This document shows positions 47,885-60,904 of a stretch of DNA of 64,000 nt, piece by piece (position 1 is the stretch's first letter; every line of letters begins with the position of its first letter). The position numbers and the translations under genes are program-made. Source of the DNA: Macrostomum lignano (lineage: Eukaryota); NCBI GenBank assembly GCA_002269645.1, contig NIVC01000105.1, forward strand, positions 287,992 through 351,991, written 5' to 3'. The notes beneath the pieces were generated by a model, which saw nothing but the letters and a program-made list of their open reading frames with translations, searched no databases and was not told the origin of the DNA.

Positions 47885-48345
47885 TATAAGGGTCTTAACC
47901 CACCTAAAACGAATATAAAGGGTCTTGACCCACCTAAAACGAATATACAGGGTCTTGACCTACCTAAAACGAATATACAGCGTCTTGACCCACTAAAACG
48001 AATATAGGGTCTTGACCCACCTAAAATGAATATACAGGGTCTTGACCCGCCTAAAACGAATACACGGGGTCCTGACCCACCTAAAACGAATATACAGGGT
48101 ACACATACAGAGAATACAATACATTGGGTCCTGACCCACCTTCAAAGAATATATAGGTTCCTGACCCACCTAAAACGATTATATAGGGTCCTGACCAACC
48201 TAAAACGATTATATAGGGTCCTGACCCACCTAAAACGATTATATAGGGTCCTGACCCACCTATAGAGAATATATAGGGTCCTGACCCACTTAAAGAGAAT
48301 ATATAGGGTCCTGACCCACATACAGAGAATACATAGGGTTTTGAC
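47885..48345. repeat. Intronic minisatellite, ~30-bp unit GGGTCCTGACCCACCTAAAACGAATATACA
   Basis: About 15 degenerate copies. Confidence 0.92.
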
Positions 48346-49123
48346 ATACCTACAGATAGTATAGAGTAATAAATTATCTAAATAATTACTTAATTGATTA
48401 TTTAACTTTCTTCATAATTGAAACATTTGTTAAAAGTAAAAATGACTTGTGGGACAAACTTGGACATACATTTGTAACAATTTTTTCCAGTAACAATATT
48501 AATGCCACAGTGTTATTGAACAAGCAAATACATTTAAATAAAGCTAAGCTTACCAGTGAAGTGTATATGAATTCTGCTTTTGCTGTACATTGCAGGCAAA
48601 CTCCATTCTGCTCAATTAGATATATTGGCCTAAAAATTACAAGCAAAATGGGTGCAATTAATAATTTTCAATTTTCAATAAAAAATGTTTATTTTGAACT
48701 TGAATATGACTTATTGCCCAACCAGCAACTAGAATCCACAAAAAGTACATCAGTAAAGATATTAATTTCTATAAAAGTTTTATACTGATATTAGAGATTT
48801 TAGAGATTTTAAACTGATCCTTTTAGCCTAATAATTGTTAATAATAAGGGCTTCAGTCTTGTCACTTAACATACTAATTAAATCTATATATAAGCTAGTG
48901 AGATGAATAGATTTTTTTCAAAATAATAGACCCTAGCAATAAGTTTAAGAAAAATGTGTTATCAGATGATAGAATAAAATAGATAGTGAATCTCCCTGAG
49001 TGGAACTAATAAAAATAATAAAATTAATTACTATATATTTGACTAATAGTAAATAGTGAGACTTACTTGCACCTGCTTTCTATTGCTTACTACCATCTTG
49101 TCATTACTAATAGCTAAAATCTA

Positions 49124-49440
49124 CAATAGATGTTAAAATAACTGGATGGGCCACTCAGGCATATATACTTAGTAAAACAGTTTTCTACTTTCAATTCAGC
49201 AGCAATGAGGAATGCATAAGTTTTTTTATAAAAATAAAAGCAGCTAAAATGACTTTGAAAGTTTAGAAGCCCAAGCTTGCAGATGAAAATAGCTTGCTAA
49301 TTGGTTTAGCCATAATGTACATTAGCCACTTAAATGTACATGGCTGATTTAGATTGGAACAACCAAGGAAGGTCATAAAAATGGGTGGCAGGCGGGTGGG
49401 GTAGGGGTTCTGTGTGGAGTTTGAGGGTTTAAAAGGCAAT
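49124..49440 (+). mobile_element. hAT-like MITE family B, degenerate partial copy
   Basis: AAAATAACTGGATGGGCCACTCAGGCATATATACTTAG... is colinear with 25339 onward. Confidence 0.8.
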
Positions 49441-50349
49441 AAGCATCCGTGAAATCTACATTATGTAGGTTTTGCAAGCTTAAGTTTATATGAGAAGTGC
49501 TTGAGATGCTAATGCACAAGACTAGGCCTAGTTAGCTCTATGCTTGTAGCACATTTCTACAAATTTCTAATAATAGCTATAGAAGTAAAAATAAATAGAA
49601 TTTTGGCAAAATAACTAAAAATAGATTTTGAGAACAAAAATTAGGAATTATAACAAACTGAACATATTATTTTAATTATTGGTAGATCTAAAGAGGAAAC
49701 TAAGAAGATATAGGGAGGGTTGTAAGCATCCTGGGAAATAGAAAAAAATGTTTGCCTTTTTGTAGTTATATTGCCTAAAGTTATCTTCAGAACTTAAGTT
49801 CATTGGTAGACCCCCGCCCTAGGAAAAATATTTGGCTTGCCATTGATTTTAATAGCATGCATAGCTAAAGAAAGATAATTATATTAAATAGCAATTAGTA
49901 ATATATACTCTATAATATATTAAAGTTTTTATACCAAAACCAATACAAGTTCAATGTAGTTCCTACCACATGCCAGCAGTTAATTTCTCAACATCTTATC
50001 TCAACTAGCTATGGGAAATGTAATGTGTGTAACAGAGCCACAAAAAGCAGGGAATATAGACTTATGGCTAGAATTGGATTATAGCTATCACTTGTTGGGA
50101 TAAAAAATGTTCACTTTTACTTTTTTAGTTAGGCGAGTCTTATGGGATCTTTGGTTTTGTAGTCATCATTTTGTAGCAATGGCAGATTTAGAGGGAGTGA
50201 GGGGCAGCTGCCCCCTATTTTATGGCTAGCAATGATGGAGCTCTTTCCTTTTGCCCTAAAAAGGTCTTTACTATCATTAGTTTGCTCTTTATAGATATAA
50301 TGCCCCTTTAATATATTAATTTCATTATTAAGCGTCCTACTAGTGTTTA

Positions 50350-51495
50350 TGGTGCCCCTCTAGTGTATATTCTGGCACCCCCTTCTAGTGTATATTCTGG
50401 CACTCTTCTAGTGTATATTCTGGCACTCTTCTAGTGTATATTCTGGCACTCTTCTAGTGTCTATTCTGGCACTCTTCTAGTGTATATTATAGCATCCCTC
50501 TAGTGTATATTATGGCGTCCCCTCTAGTGTATATTATGGCATCCCTCTAGTGTATATTATGGCATCCCTCTAGTGTATATTATGGCATCCCTCTAGTGTA
50601 TATTATGGCGTCCCCTCTAGTGTATATTATGGCGCCCCTCTAGTGTATATTATGGCGCCCCTCTAGTATATATTATGGCGCCCCCTCTAGTGTATATTAT
50701 GGCATCCCTCTAGTGTATATTATGGCATCCCTCTAGTGTATATTATGGCGTCCCCTCTAGTGTATATTATGGCGTCCCCTCTAGTATATATTATGGTATC
50801 CCTTCAGTGTATATTATGGCGTCCCCTCTAGTGTATATTATGGCATCCCTCTAGTGTATATTATGGCGCCCCTCTAGTGTATATTATGGCGCCCCCTCTA
50901 GTGTATATTATGGCATCCCTCTAGTGTATATTATGGCATCCCTCTAGTGTATATTATGGCATCCCTCTAGTGTATATTATGGCATCCCTCTAGTGTATAT
51001 TATGGCATCCCTCTAGTGTATATTATGGCATCCCTCTAGTGTATATTATGGCGCCCCTCTAGTGTATATTATGGCGCCCCCTCTAGTGTATATTATGGCA
51101 TCCCTCTAGTGTATATTATGGCATCCCTCTAGTGTATATTATGGCATCCCTCTAGTGTATATTATGGCATCCCTCTAGTGTATATTATGGCATCCCTCTA
51201 GTGTATATTATGGCGTCCCCTCTAGTGTATATTATGGCGCCCCTCTAGTGTATATTATGGCGCCCCTCTAGTATATATTATGGCGCCCCCTCTAGTGTAT
51301 ATTATGGCATCCCTCTAGTGTATATTATGGCGCCCCCTCTAGTGTATATTATGGCATCCCTCTAGTGTATATTATGGCGCCCCCTCTAGTGTATATTATG
51401 GCGTCCCCTCTAGTGTATATTATGGTGCCCCTCTAGTGTATATTATGGCATCCCTCTAGTGTATATTATGGCGCCCCCTCTAGTGTATTTTATGG
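50350..51495. repeat. Intronic minisatellite, 23-24-bp unit CTCTAGTGTATATTATGGC(A/G)(T/C)CC
   Basis: About 48 copies. Confidence 0.97.
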
Positions 51496-53021
51496 CGTCT
51501 CCTCATGGTTAAGATCCGAAAGTTATATCAATGCTTATTAAAAAAAGGTTTTAATATTTATGGTCTTTGATTTGGCCAAAACTTTGTCTTGATTATAGCT
51601 GTCACAGTAGTTGTTAACAATTGAGTCAATGCTAACAAATAAAAAGTTGATTTTATTATATTTTTTGTTCTTATTGGGTTTTTTATTGATTATTTTAAAA
51701 ATAACAAAGCTAAAAGGCTTAGCCATTGGATAGATAAATAAAAACAGACCATATGATACATAATTATTTGTAGTATAGTTATATAATTGTAGCTATATTA
51801 GAATATAATTATATAATCAGACGCCTAAAGGCTAATCTAAACTGGCTAAAGCTTAGAACTAATGAATTAGCTAAGCTTAAAGTCCCTACTCTAGAGAACT
51901 TCATAGCTATGCCTAGGACAAGCTAAAATGTTGATGAAATTACAAAATATTTTCATAATTAATTAATGAAGCCTAATGATGCAGTCTAGAGTCACTTTCA
52001 ATTGGCATTGCATTGAATAGAATTGGCTAACTATAACTAATCTAAGAGTTGTTTAGTGCTTTCCCTATCAATTCCCTTGGCCTAGGGCCTAGGCTATCCC
52101 AATGTTTTCCAGCGAGTCTCCTCCTATGTTTCTCCTCGCTCCTTGTCGACTAGCCTATAGCTCCAGCAGGCCATTATAGGCATTATAATACACCCCAGCT
52201 CAGCCAGTATGTGGATAAGACAACCAGCCAATAGCAGATGGTTGCTTCGTCAGCTAGATGCTAGTTTGCTTAACACGGGCTAAAGAAAACAGCGTCAAAA
52301 AACACAAGCCTTTCTTAACTCAATAGCTAGGCCTACTCTCATTAATGAACAAATCAATTATTGAAATAAGTTTAAAGAAGTAGTTATGCTTACCAGTTGC
52401 GTTTGTACGCCTTTAGAAGCAGAATTTAATTCATTACCAATTCCGCTTTAGTCGATATTACATAGCCTTTGTAAATTAATAAGATATTAATTAACAATCT
52501 AATGAATAAACGGATTTCGGCCCGTCACTGCTGTCTGTCTGCTTGCGACTGTTTAAGTTCCAAGTTGATTAGGTAGGCGATCGAAAGTTGTCTACGCCTT
52601 GGTCTAGTCTGCAACTCGAGTTCTATATATATATATAAAGAGAGAACGTTAACTTAGAGTGTTGACAAATCTTGTTTGGCGGGGACCCCCTTCCTTATCC
52701 AAAAGTACTTTACTCAAATATGATGGTCACGGGGAAAATTCGTGCTGTTATTGACGGTTAATAAAACTAATTTGATGCTAAAAATAGAAACAGCTAAAAG
52801 TTCTTATTAGTTCTCGAAGCTAAGGAAGAGTATGATTATAGTGGCTAGATCTTTTTGGGTAAAGTTAATTGCAGACGATAACATTTAGGTTTTATTTAAA
52901 TGCGTTTTTTAAATCTCTATTGTTTAAAACCGTGTCTGTCTTTGTAAGATGTTTTAATTATAGTAATTAATTAATTAATTAATAACTGGCTAATTTTATC
53001 ACTGCCGCCACCACTAAACAG

Positions 53022-54098
53022 GGCTTCTTCCGTCGAATTGTGTCATCGCGCAATCTCGGCGGCTCGTGCGGCCACATCATTCCTATAGAGATGACTCCGC
53101 AGACTAGGAACACCTGTCAGTGGTGCCGATTGAAAAAGTGTTGCGCAGTTAATATGGGTAGGGAACGATCCAAGCTCGGCAGGCGGGCTAAAGGTACGCG
53201 CGATCAGCCTGTGGCAGCCGCATCTTCCTCTGTAGGGTCTAGCACTGACTGCTCAACCGGTATTGTTGAAGTGCCGGACAATGGGCCGATTTTGAATGAG
53301 ATACCCCTGCCCGGACACAGTCCGGTAACTATTAGCGCAGCTGCAGTCTCTTCGTCACCCGGCAGTTCCCACCAGCACATATCGAGCGCCTCTATAACTG
53401 ACAGTCAGCTGATGCTCTATATCGAGCAGAAGCGTCAAGAATTCGAACAGCAACTCAGTCGTAGACTTGGCGCCAATGGTATCATTGGACCAGCTTTCAG
53501 TCATCTGAAACGATCGCCGCCGAGTGATTTGCACAGCTTCGCCAGCTACTCGCCAATGCAGCCGCCGCCTCCGCTGAAGCGTCAACGAGGCGGATCTGCC
53601 AGTGCCGCGATTGACTTTCTCGAACTTGACCAGCCGCCTGGATACAATAATTTAAATAATTATCAATCTGAACAGGTTCAATTTGAGCAACAGCCTAATG
53701 CTCATCATCGGCAGCAGCAGCAACAGCAGCAAGAATTAGGCCGAGCCCCGAAGAAGGTCTGGCTACAGAAATCTCTGTTACCAGAAGTTTTGCCTTTAGC
53801 AGCATTACAAACTGGCGAGTCAGTGGCTTCACACTGTCAACGTTTAGTTGGTCCTCTCCTGACTCAAGCTCTCACCACCTTTGTACAGCGGGCCACGTTT
53901 GACGAAAAAGTGACTAACTTACTGTTGACTGGGATTGAGCAATTCTACGCTCACTGGCCGCCTACCGCTGCCACAATGCCCGGCTCCATGGTACCGCTAA
54001 TCACTGATAACATCAACTTGATTCTGGCCGGTCACAGGCGCTCTTTTCAGTTCTCGCCTGAGCGGATGGCCCAGTTCAGGGCTGAGCGGCTGCACTTG
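53022..54098 (+). CDS. Nuclear receptor exon 2 (second zinc finger, hinge, start of ligand-binding domain)
   Basis: Acceptor CTAAACAG|GGC completes CEGCK-GFFRR; contains RNTCQWCRLKKC; donor TTG|GTGAGC. Confidence 0.92.
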
Positions 54099-54104
54099 GT
54101 GAGC

Positions 54105-55560
54105 ATCTGTCATCTGTCTGCCTTTCCTGTCTGCCTCTCCTGTCTGCCTCTCCTGTCTGCCTCTCCTGTCTGCCTCTCCTGTCTGCCTCTCCTGTCTGCC
54201 TCTCCTGTCTGCCTCTCCTGACTGCCTCTCCTGTCTGCCTCTCCTGTCTACCTCTCCTGTCTGCCTCTCCTGTCATCCTCTCCTGTCTGCCTCTCCTGTC
54301 CGCCTCTCCTGTCTGCCTCTCCTGTCTGCCTCTCCTGTCTGCCTCTCCTGTCTGCCTCTCCTGTCTGCCTCTCCTGTCTACCTCTCCTGTCTGCCTCTCC
54401 TGTCTGCCTCTCCTGTCTGCCTCTCCTGTCTACCTCTCCTGTCTACCTCTCCTGTCTGCCTCTCCTGTCTGCCTCTCCTGTCTGCCTCTCCTGTCTGCCT
54501 CTCCTGTCTGCCTCTCCTGTCTACCTCTCCTGTCTGCCTCTCCTGTCATCCTCTCCTGTCTGCCTCTCCTGTCTGCCTCTCCTGTCTGCCTCTCCTGTCT
54601 GCCTCTCCTGTCTACCTCTCCTGTCTGCCTCTCCTGTCATCCTCTCCTGTCTGCCTCTCCTGTCTGCCTCTCCTGTCTGCCTCTCCTGTCTACCTCTCCT
54701 GCCTGCCTCTCCTGTCTGCCTCTCCTGTCTGCCTCTCCTGTCTGTCTCTCATATCTGCCTCTCCTGTCTGCCTCTCCTGTCTGCCTCATGTCTGTCTCTC
54801 ATGTCTGCCTCTCCTGTCTGCCTCTCCTGTCTGCCTCTCCTGTCTACCTCTCCTGTCTGCCTCTCCTGTCATCCTCTCCTGTCTGCCTCTCCTGTCTGCC
54901 TCTCCTGTCTGCCTCTCCTGTCTGTCTCTCCTGTCTGCCTCTCCTGTCTGCCTCTCCTGTCTGCCTCATGTCTGTCTCTCATATCTGCCTCTCCTGTCTG
55001 CCTCTCCTGTCTGCCTCATGTCTGTCTCTCATGTCTGCCTCTCCTGTCTGCCTCTCCTGTCTGCCTCTCCTGTCTGCCTCTCCTGTCTGCCTCTCCTATC
55101 TGCCTCTCCTGTCTGCCTCTCCTGTCTACCTCTCCTGTCTGCCTCTCCTGTCTGTCTCTCCTGTCATCCTCTCCTATCATCCTCTCCTGTCTGCCTCATG
55201 TCTGTCTCTCATATCTGCCTCTCCTGTCTGTCTCTCCTGTCTGCCTCTCCTGTCTACCTCTCCTGTTTAGCTCCAATCAACCTGTCTACTATCTACCTGC
55301 CTGTCTACCTCCTATATACCTGTCTCCTATCTACCTCTCCTGCCTACCTCTCCAGGTCTAACACTCTCTTGTCTAGCTACCTCTCTTATCTTACCTCTCT
55401 CCTATCTACCTGTCCTGTCTACCTGTCCTCTGTCAACCTCTCCTGTCTATACCTCTCATGTTTGCCTCTCCTCTGTCTACCTCTCCAGGTCTAACTCTCT
55501 CCTGTCTCTCTCTCCTATCTGACCTCTCCTGTCTATCCTTCTACCATACCTACTCCTCTC
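54105..55560. repeat. Intronic pyrimidine-rich minisatellite, 13-bp unit CTCCTGTCTGCCT
   Basis: Starts immediately after the donor at 54099. Confidence 0.97.
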
Positions 55561-55673
55561 CCACGTTACCTCTGCTCTCTTTCTCTGACTTATTCCTTCC
55601 GATTAATCCCAATGATTTGCAACTGATAAAATACTATTAAAAATCCAAACTCCTGACGATCATCTCACTCCAG

Positions 55674-55984
55674 ACTCGCGAGCCTCTGGCAGACGAAGAG
55701 CCTGTAGTGATATCCCGCCTTCACGCCTGTCTGCCCAGCATTCTCAACCGAGTGATCGGCTTTGCTCAAAGTATTTTTAACGACTCAAAATTCACAGTTT
55801 CTGTTTCGAGTACACCGTCGGCTGTGCAAGTTTCCAACGTCGATACAAAAATTTGTGCGGAAGATAAAAGGCATCTGTTATTGAGCCACTGCTCACAGCT
55901 GGTTGCTATGCGGTTCTGCTTCTCGTTGGTCAAGCGGCAGGAGGGCTATATTATTGATCCGACCATGAACTTCAGGCTGACCAG
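55674..55984 (+). CDS. Nuclear receptor exon 3 (LBD helices 3-5)
   Basis: Acceptor CACTCCAG|ACT; ILNRVIGFAQSI...EDKRHLLLSHCSQL resembles the divergent LBD signature; donor CAG|GTTTGC (phase 2). Confidence 0.8.
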
Positions 55985-56042
55985 GTTTGCAATAGTCATG
56001 TGTGTGTTACAGTGTGTATCTGTTTATGCGGTGGCTCATGAT

Positions 56043-58235
56043 TAGCACTCCAGTGTGACTCTAGATAGCACTCTAGTGTGACTCTAGATAGCACTCCAGT
56101 GTTGACTCTCACATGTCACTCCAGTGTGACTCTAGATAGCACTCCAGTGTGACTCTAAATAGCACTCCAGTGTTGACTCTCACATGTCACTCCAGTGTGA
56201 CTCTAGATAGCACTCCAGTGTGACTCTAAATAGCACTCCAGTGTTGACTCTCACATGTCACTCCAGTGTGACTCTAGATAGCACTCCAGTGTGACTCTAG
56301 ATAGCACTCCAGTGTGACTCTAAATAGCACTCCAGTGTTGACTCTCACATGTCACTACAGTGTGACTCTAGATAGCACTCCAGTGTGACTCTAGATAGCA
56401 CTCCAGTGTGACTCTAAATAGCACTCCAGTGTGACTCTAAATAGCACTCCAGTGTTGACTCTCACATGTCACTCCAGTGTGACTCTAGATAGCACTCCAG
56501 TGTGACTCTAGATAGCACTCCAGTGTGACTCTAAATAGCACTCCAGTGTTGACTCTCACATGTCACTACAGTGTGACTCTAGATAGCACTCCAGTGTGAC
56601 TCTAAATAGCACTCCAGTGTGACTCTAAATAGCACTCCAGTGTTGACTCTCACATGTCACTCCAGTGTGACTCTAGATAGCACTCCAGTGTGACTCTAGA
56701 TAGCACTCCAGTGTGACTCTAAATAGCACTCCAGTGTTGACTCTCACATGTCACTACAGTGTGACTCTAGATAGCACTCCAGTGTGACTCTAGATAGCAC
56801 TCCAGTGTGACTCTAAATAGCACTCCAGTGTGACTCTAAATAGCACTCCAGTGTTGACTCTCACATGTCACTCCAGTGTGACTCTAGATAGCACTCCAGT
56901 GTGACTCTAGATAGCACTCCAGTGTGACTCTAAATAGCACTCCAGTGTTGACTCTCACATGTCACTACAGTGTGACTCTAGATAGCACTCCAGTGTGACT
57001 CTAAATAGCACTCCAGTGTGACTCTAAATAGCACTCCAGTGTTGACTCTCACATGTCACTCCAGTGTGACTCTAGATAGCACTCCAGTGTGACTCTAAAT
57101 AGCACTCCAGTGTTGACTCTCACATGTCACTCCAGTGTGACTCTAGATAGCACTCCAGTGTGACTCTAGATAGCACTCCAGTGTGACTCTAAATAGCACT
57201 CCAGTGTTGACTCTCACATGTCACTCCAGTGTGACTCTAGATAGCACTCCAGTGTGACTCTAGATAGCACTCCAGTGTGACTCTAAATAGCACTCCAGTG
57301 TTGACTCTCACATGTCACTCCAGTGTGACTCTAGATAGCACTCCAGTGTGACTCTAGATAGCACTCCAGTGTGACTCTAAATAGCACTCCAGTGTTGACT
57401 CTCACATGTCACTCCAGTGTGACTCTAGATAGCACTCCAGTGTGACTCTAGATAGCACTCCAGTGTGACTCTAGATAGCACTCCAGTGTGACTCTAGATA
57501 GCACTCCAGTGTGACTCTAGATAGCACTCCAGTGTGACTCTAGATAGCACTCCAGTGTGACTCTAGATAGCACTCCAGTGTGACTCTAGATAGCACTCCA
57601 GTGTGACTCTAGATAGCACTCCAGTGTGACTCTCACATGTCACTCCAGTGTGGCTCTAGATAGCACTCCAGTGTGACTCTAGATAGCACTCCAGTGTGAC
57701 TCTAGATAGCACTCCAGTGTGACTCTAGATAGCACTCCAGTGTGACTCTAGATAGCACTCCAGTGTGACTCTAGATAGCACTCCAGTGTGACTCTAGATA
57801 GCACTCCAGTGTGACTCTAGATAGCACTCCAGTGTGACTCTAGATAGCACTCCAGTGTGACTCTAGATAGCACTCCAGTGTGACTCTCACATGTCACTCC
57901 AGTGTGACTCTAGATAGCACTCCAGTGTGACTCTAAATAGCACTCCAGTGTTGACTCTCACATGTCACTCCAGTGTGACTCTAGATAGCACTCCAGTGTG
58001 ACTCTAGATAGCACTCCAGTGTGACTCTAGATAGCACTCCAGTGTGACTCTAGATAGCACTCCAGTGTGACTCTCACATGTCACTCCAGTGTGACTCTAG
58101 ATAGCACTCCAGTGTGACTCTCACATGTCACTCCAGTGTGACTCTAGATAGCACTCCAGTGTGACTCTAGATAGCACTCCAGTGTGACTCTCACATGTCA
58201 CTCCAGTGTGACTAGATAGCACTCCAGTGTGACTC
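56043..58235. repeat. Intronic minisatellite, 23-bp unit CACTCCAGTGTGACTCTAGATAG with higher-order variants
   Basis: About 95 copies. Confidence 0.98.
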
Positions 58236-58301
58236 TAAATGGACAGCTGGCTAACATCAAACATTTATTTCAACCAGTCCAGGACAAAAAAGCATGATTA
58301 C

Positions 58302-59943
58302 CTTTGCGTGCTGTTCCATTTAAATAAATCTCTAATAAATCACGCTCAGAAGATCTTGGGACTCGCTTAGGAAAAATCCTCTGTAATTGCTCCTTCCTGC
58401 TCTCTAATTAAAGCGATTTCTGCTGCCTTTCAATATTGAATCTCTTTGTAGTTAAGCTCTGTTCCTTGCAGATTTTCAAGCTTTTCCGTTTCTTCATTTT
58501 TCTCTTCGTTTACCTGGTCGCCCGGGCCTGCACCTGTTGCCTCGCTCTAATTCCCAATTTCGCAGCCCCTCTATTGACGCCTCTATTCGCTTCCTTTTTT
58601 GCCTTCTTGATATTGCTCTTCTGTGGCTTACAGTTCCGTATTTCACATCTTGTGCCCTCCAGCTCTTTCATTATTATGTTCTGCTTTCTGTTCTGTTTGC
58701 TTTCTGTGCCTCTATCCTGTCCCTTCACCTCTATCCTGTCCCTTCATCTCTATCCTGTCCCTTCACCTCTATCCTGTCCCTTCATCTCTATCCTGTCCCT
58801 TCACTTCTATCCTGTCCCTTCATCTCTATCCTGTCCCTTCATCTCTATCCTGTCCCTTCACTTCTATCCTGTCCCTTCATCTCTATCCTGTCCCTTCACT
58901 TCTATCCTGTCCCTTCACTTCTATCCTGTCCCTTCATCTCTATCCTGTCCCTTCACTTCTATCCTGTCCCTTCATCTCTATCCTGTCCCTTCACTTCTAT
59001 CCTGTCCCTTCATCTCTATCCTGTCCCTTCATCTCTATCCTGTCCCTTCACTTCTATCCTGTCCCTTCATCTCTATCCTGTCCCTTCATCTCTATCCTGT
59101 CCCTTCATCTCTATCCTGTCCCTCCATCTCTATCCTGTCCCTTCATCTCTAGCATGTCCCTTCATCTCTATCCTGTCCTTTCAGCTCTATCCTGTTCCTC
59201 CATCTCTATCCTGTCCTTTCATCTCTATCCTGTCCCTTCATCTCTATCCTGTCCCTTCATCTCTAGCATGTCCCTTCATCTCTATCCTGTCCTTTCAGCT
59301 CTATCCTGTTCCTCCATCTCTATCCTGTCCTTTCATCTCTATCCTGTCCCTTCATCTCTATCCTGTCCCTTCATCTCTAGCATGTCCCTTCTCAGTACTT
59401 CTTCCGCTTTCTTGTGTCTCTATCTGCCTCTGTAGTTTGGGAAAATTCCCTTTCACAAGGAAATTTTCGAATTACCATCTGTTGGTAATTTTTGGCTGAC
59501 TCATGCAACTGTAAGATGTGTGAGCTGCGTAATTGACTGAGCGCGATTTTATCTCCTGGATTTGGAGTAGGAAGGGAACTAGAAAATGGCAATCACGAGC
59601 CAAACGCGTGATTATGCCTATCAAATTTCTTCACTCTGGGAAGTCTGTCTGCCTATCTAGTGTGATCAGATGATACAGGAGATTTTCTATAATAGTCAGG
59701 TCAACGCCCAATCCATGTCGATTCTGTAACTGGATGCCAACTCTTAAACGAAAGGGCTCAACAAAAGGTTGAACAAAAGTCATCATGCATTAAGCAATCA
59801 GTCTTAGCAGTCACGAATTTTTGCGAGCACTGGGGAATTTCAATCACCTTTTTGCCTTGAAGGTTTTGTGCCTTTGAGTCTAAACGAGAGTGATTTAATA
59901 ATATTTTACTTGTTAAACTCTTGTATTGCGTTAACTTTAGCAT
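58302..59943 (-). CDS. Candidate nested antisense gene, unknown protein: complement join(59848..59943,59635..59756,59399..59578,58514..58620,58302..58403), about 202 codons, open at the 3' end
   Basis: Five segments bounded by GT/AG sites splice without a stop; includes the basic stretch RKRKKRAISRRQKRKR. No recognisable homology. Confidence 0.5.
58705..59390. repeat. Pyrimidine-rich minisatellite, 19-bp unit ATCCTGTCCCTTCATCTCT
   Basis: About 36 copies. Confidence 0.96.
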
Positions 59944-59954
59944 CTAATTGAGTG

Positions 59955-60578
59955 ATCCAGTGTGACTCTTGATAGCACTCCAGTGTGACTCTTGACTGGC
60001 ACTCCAGTGTGACTCTAAAATGGCACTCCAGTGTGACTCTGGATAGCACTCCAGTGTGACTCTAAAATGGCACTCCAGTGTGACTCTGGATAGCACTCTA
60101 GTGTGACTCTGGATAGCACTCCAGTGTGACTCTGGATAGCACTCCAGTGTGACTCTAAAATGGCACTCCAGTGTGACTCTGGATAGCACTCTAGTGTGAC
60201 TCTGGATAGCACTCCAGTGTGACTCTAAAATGGCACTCCAGTGTGACTCTGGATAGCACTCCAGTGTGACTCTTGACTGGCACTCCAGTGTGACTCTAAA
60301 ATGGCACTCCAGTGTGACTCTTGACTGGCACTCCAGTGTGACTCTAAAATGGCACTCCAGTGTGACTCTAAAATGGCACTCCAGTGTGACTCTAAAATGG
60401 CACTCCAGTGTGACTCTTGACTGGCACTCCAGTGTGACTCTAAAATGGCACTCCAGTGTGACTCTAAAATGGCACTCCAGTGTGACTCTAAAATGGCACT
60501 CCAGTGTGACTCTAAAATGGCACTCCAGTGTGACTCTAAAATGGCACTCCAGTGTGACTCTAAAATGGCACTCCAGTA
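59955..60578. repeat. Minisatellite, 23-24-bp unit CACTCCAGTGTGACTCTAAAATGG
   Basis: Same family as 56043..58235. Confidence 0.96.
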
Positions 60579-60653
60579 ATCGAAAGCTTCTTCAAAGCTG
60601 TATTCAAAATTAGCATTGCTTCAGCCGCAAACACCTGGTGAAAATTGTTACAG

Positions 60654-60793
60654 GCGATTTCTGCAATCGGCCCGGCATCCCACTCTGTCGCTTTTGTTCA
60701 CTCGATTCTTCGACGTCTCGGCCAGATGGGACTCGCTGGCAATGACTGACAGTGAATTGGCTTTTTTGTCGGCCATCTGCCTCACCTCGCCGT
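60654..60793 (+). CDS. Nuclear receptor exon 4 (LBD helices 7-8)
   Basis: Acceptor TTGTTACAG|G (phase 2); LAMTDSELAFLSAICLTSP matches the L.LD..E.A.L.AI.L.SP motif; donor T|GTAAGT. Confidence 0.85.
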
Positions 60794-60857
60794 GTAAGTT
60801 AATTATCCTATTTTTTTTCTTTGTCTGTTTCTTGCGGTAAACAGGGACGCAGTTTAG

Positions 60858-60901
60858 CCTGTTCAGGTTTGACTAGCAGCCAAGTCAAAATATTCATAGA
60901 T
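60858..60901 (+). CDS. Nuclear receptor 44-nt mini-exon
   Basis: Needed to reconcile phase 1 with phase 0. Acceptor GTTTAG|, strong donor GAT|GTAAGT; gives SP-SCSGL, aligning to the SPDRPGL motif. Acceptor at 60867 is an in-frame alternative. Confidence 0.6.
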
Positions 60902-60904
60902 GTA

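Noticed and set aside
52480-52760. CpG-rich patch in receptor intron 1 as a possible alternative promoter or first exon
   Set aside because: Only a weak donor-like site and no diagnostic motif; cannot be supported from sequence alone.
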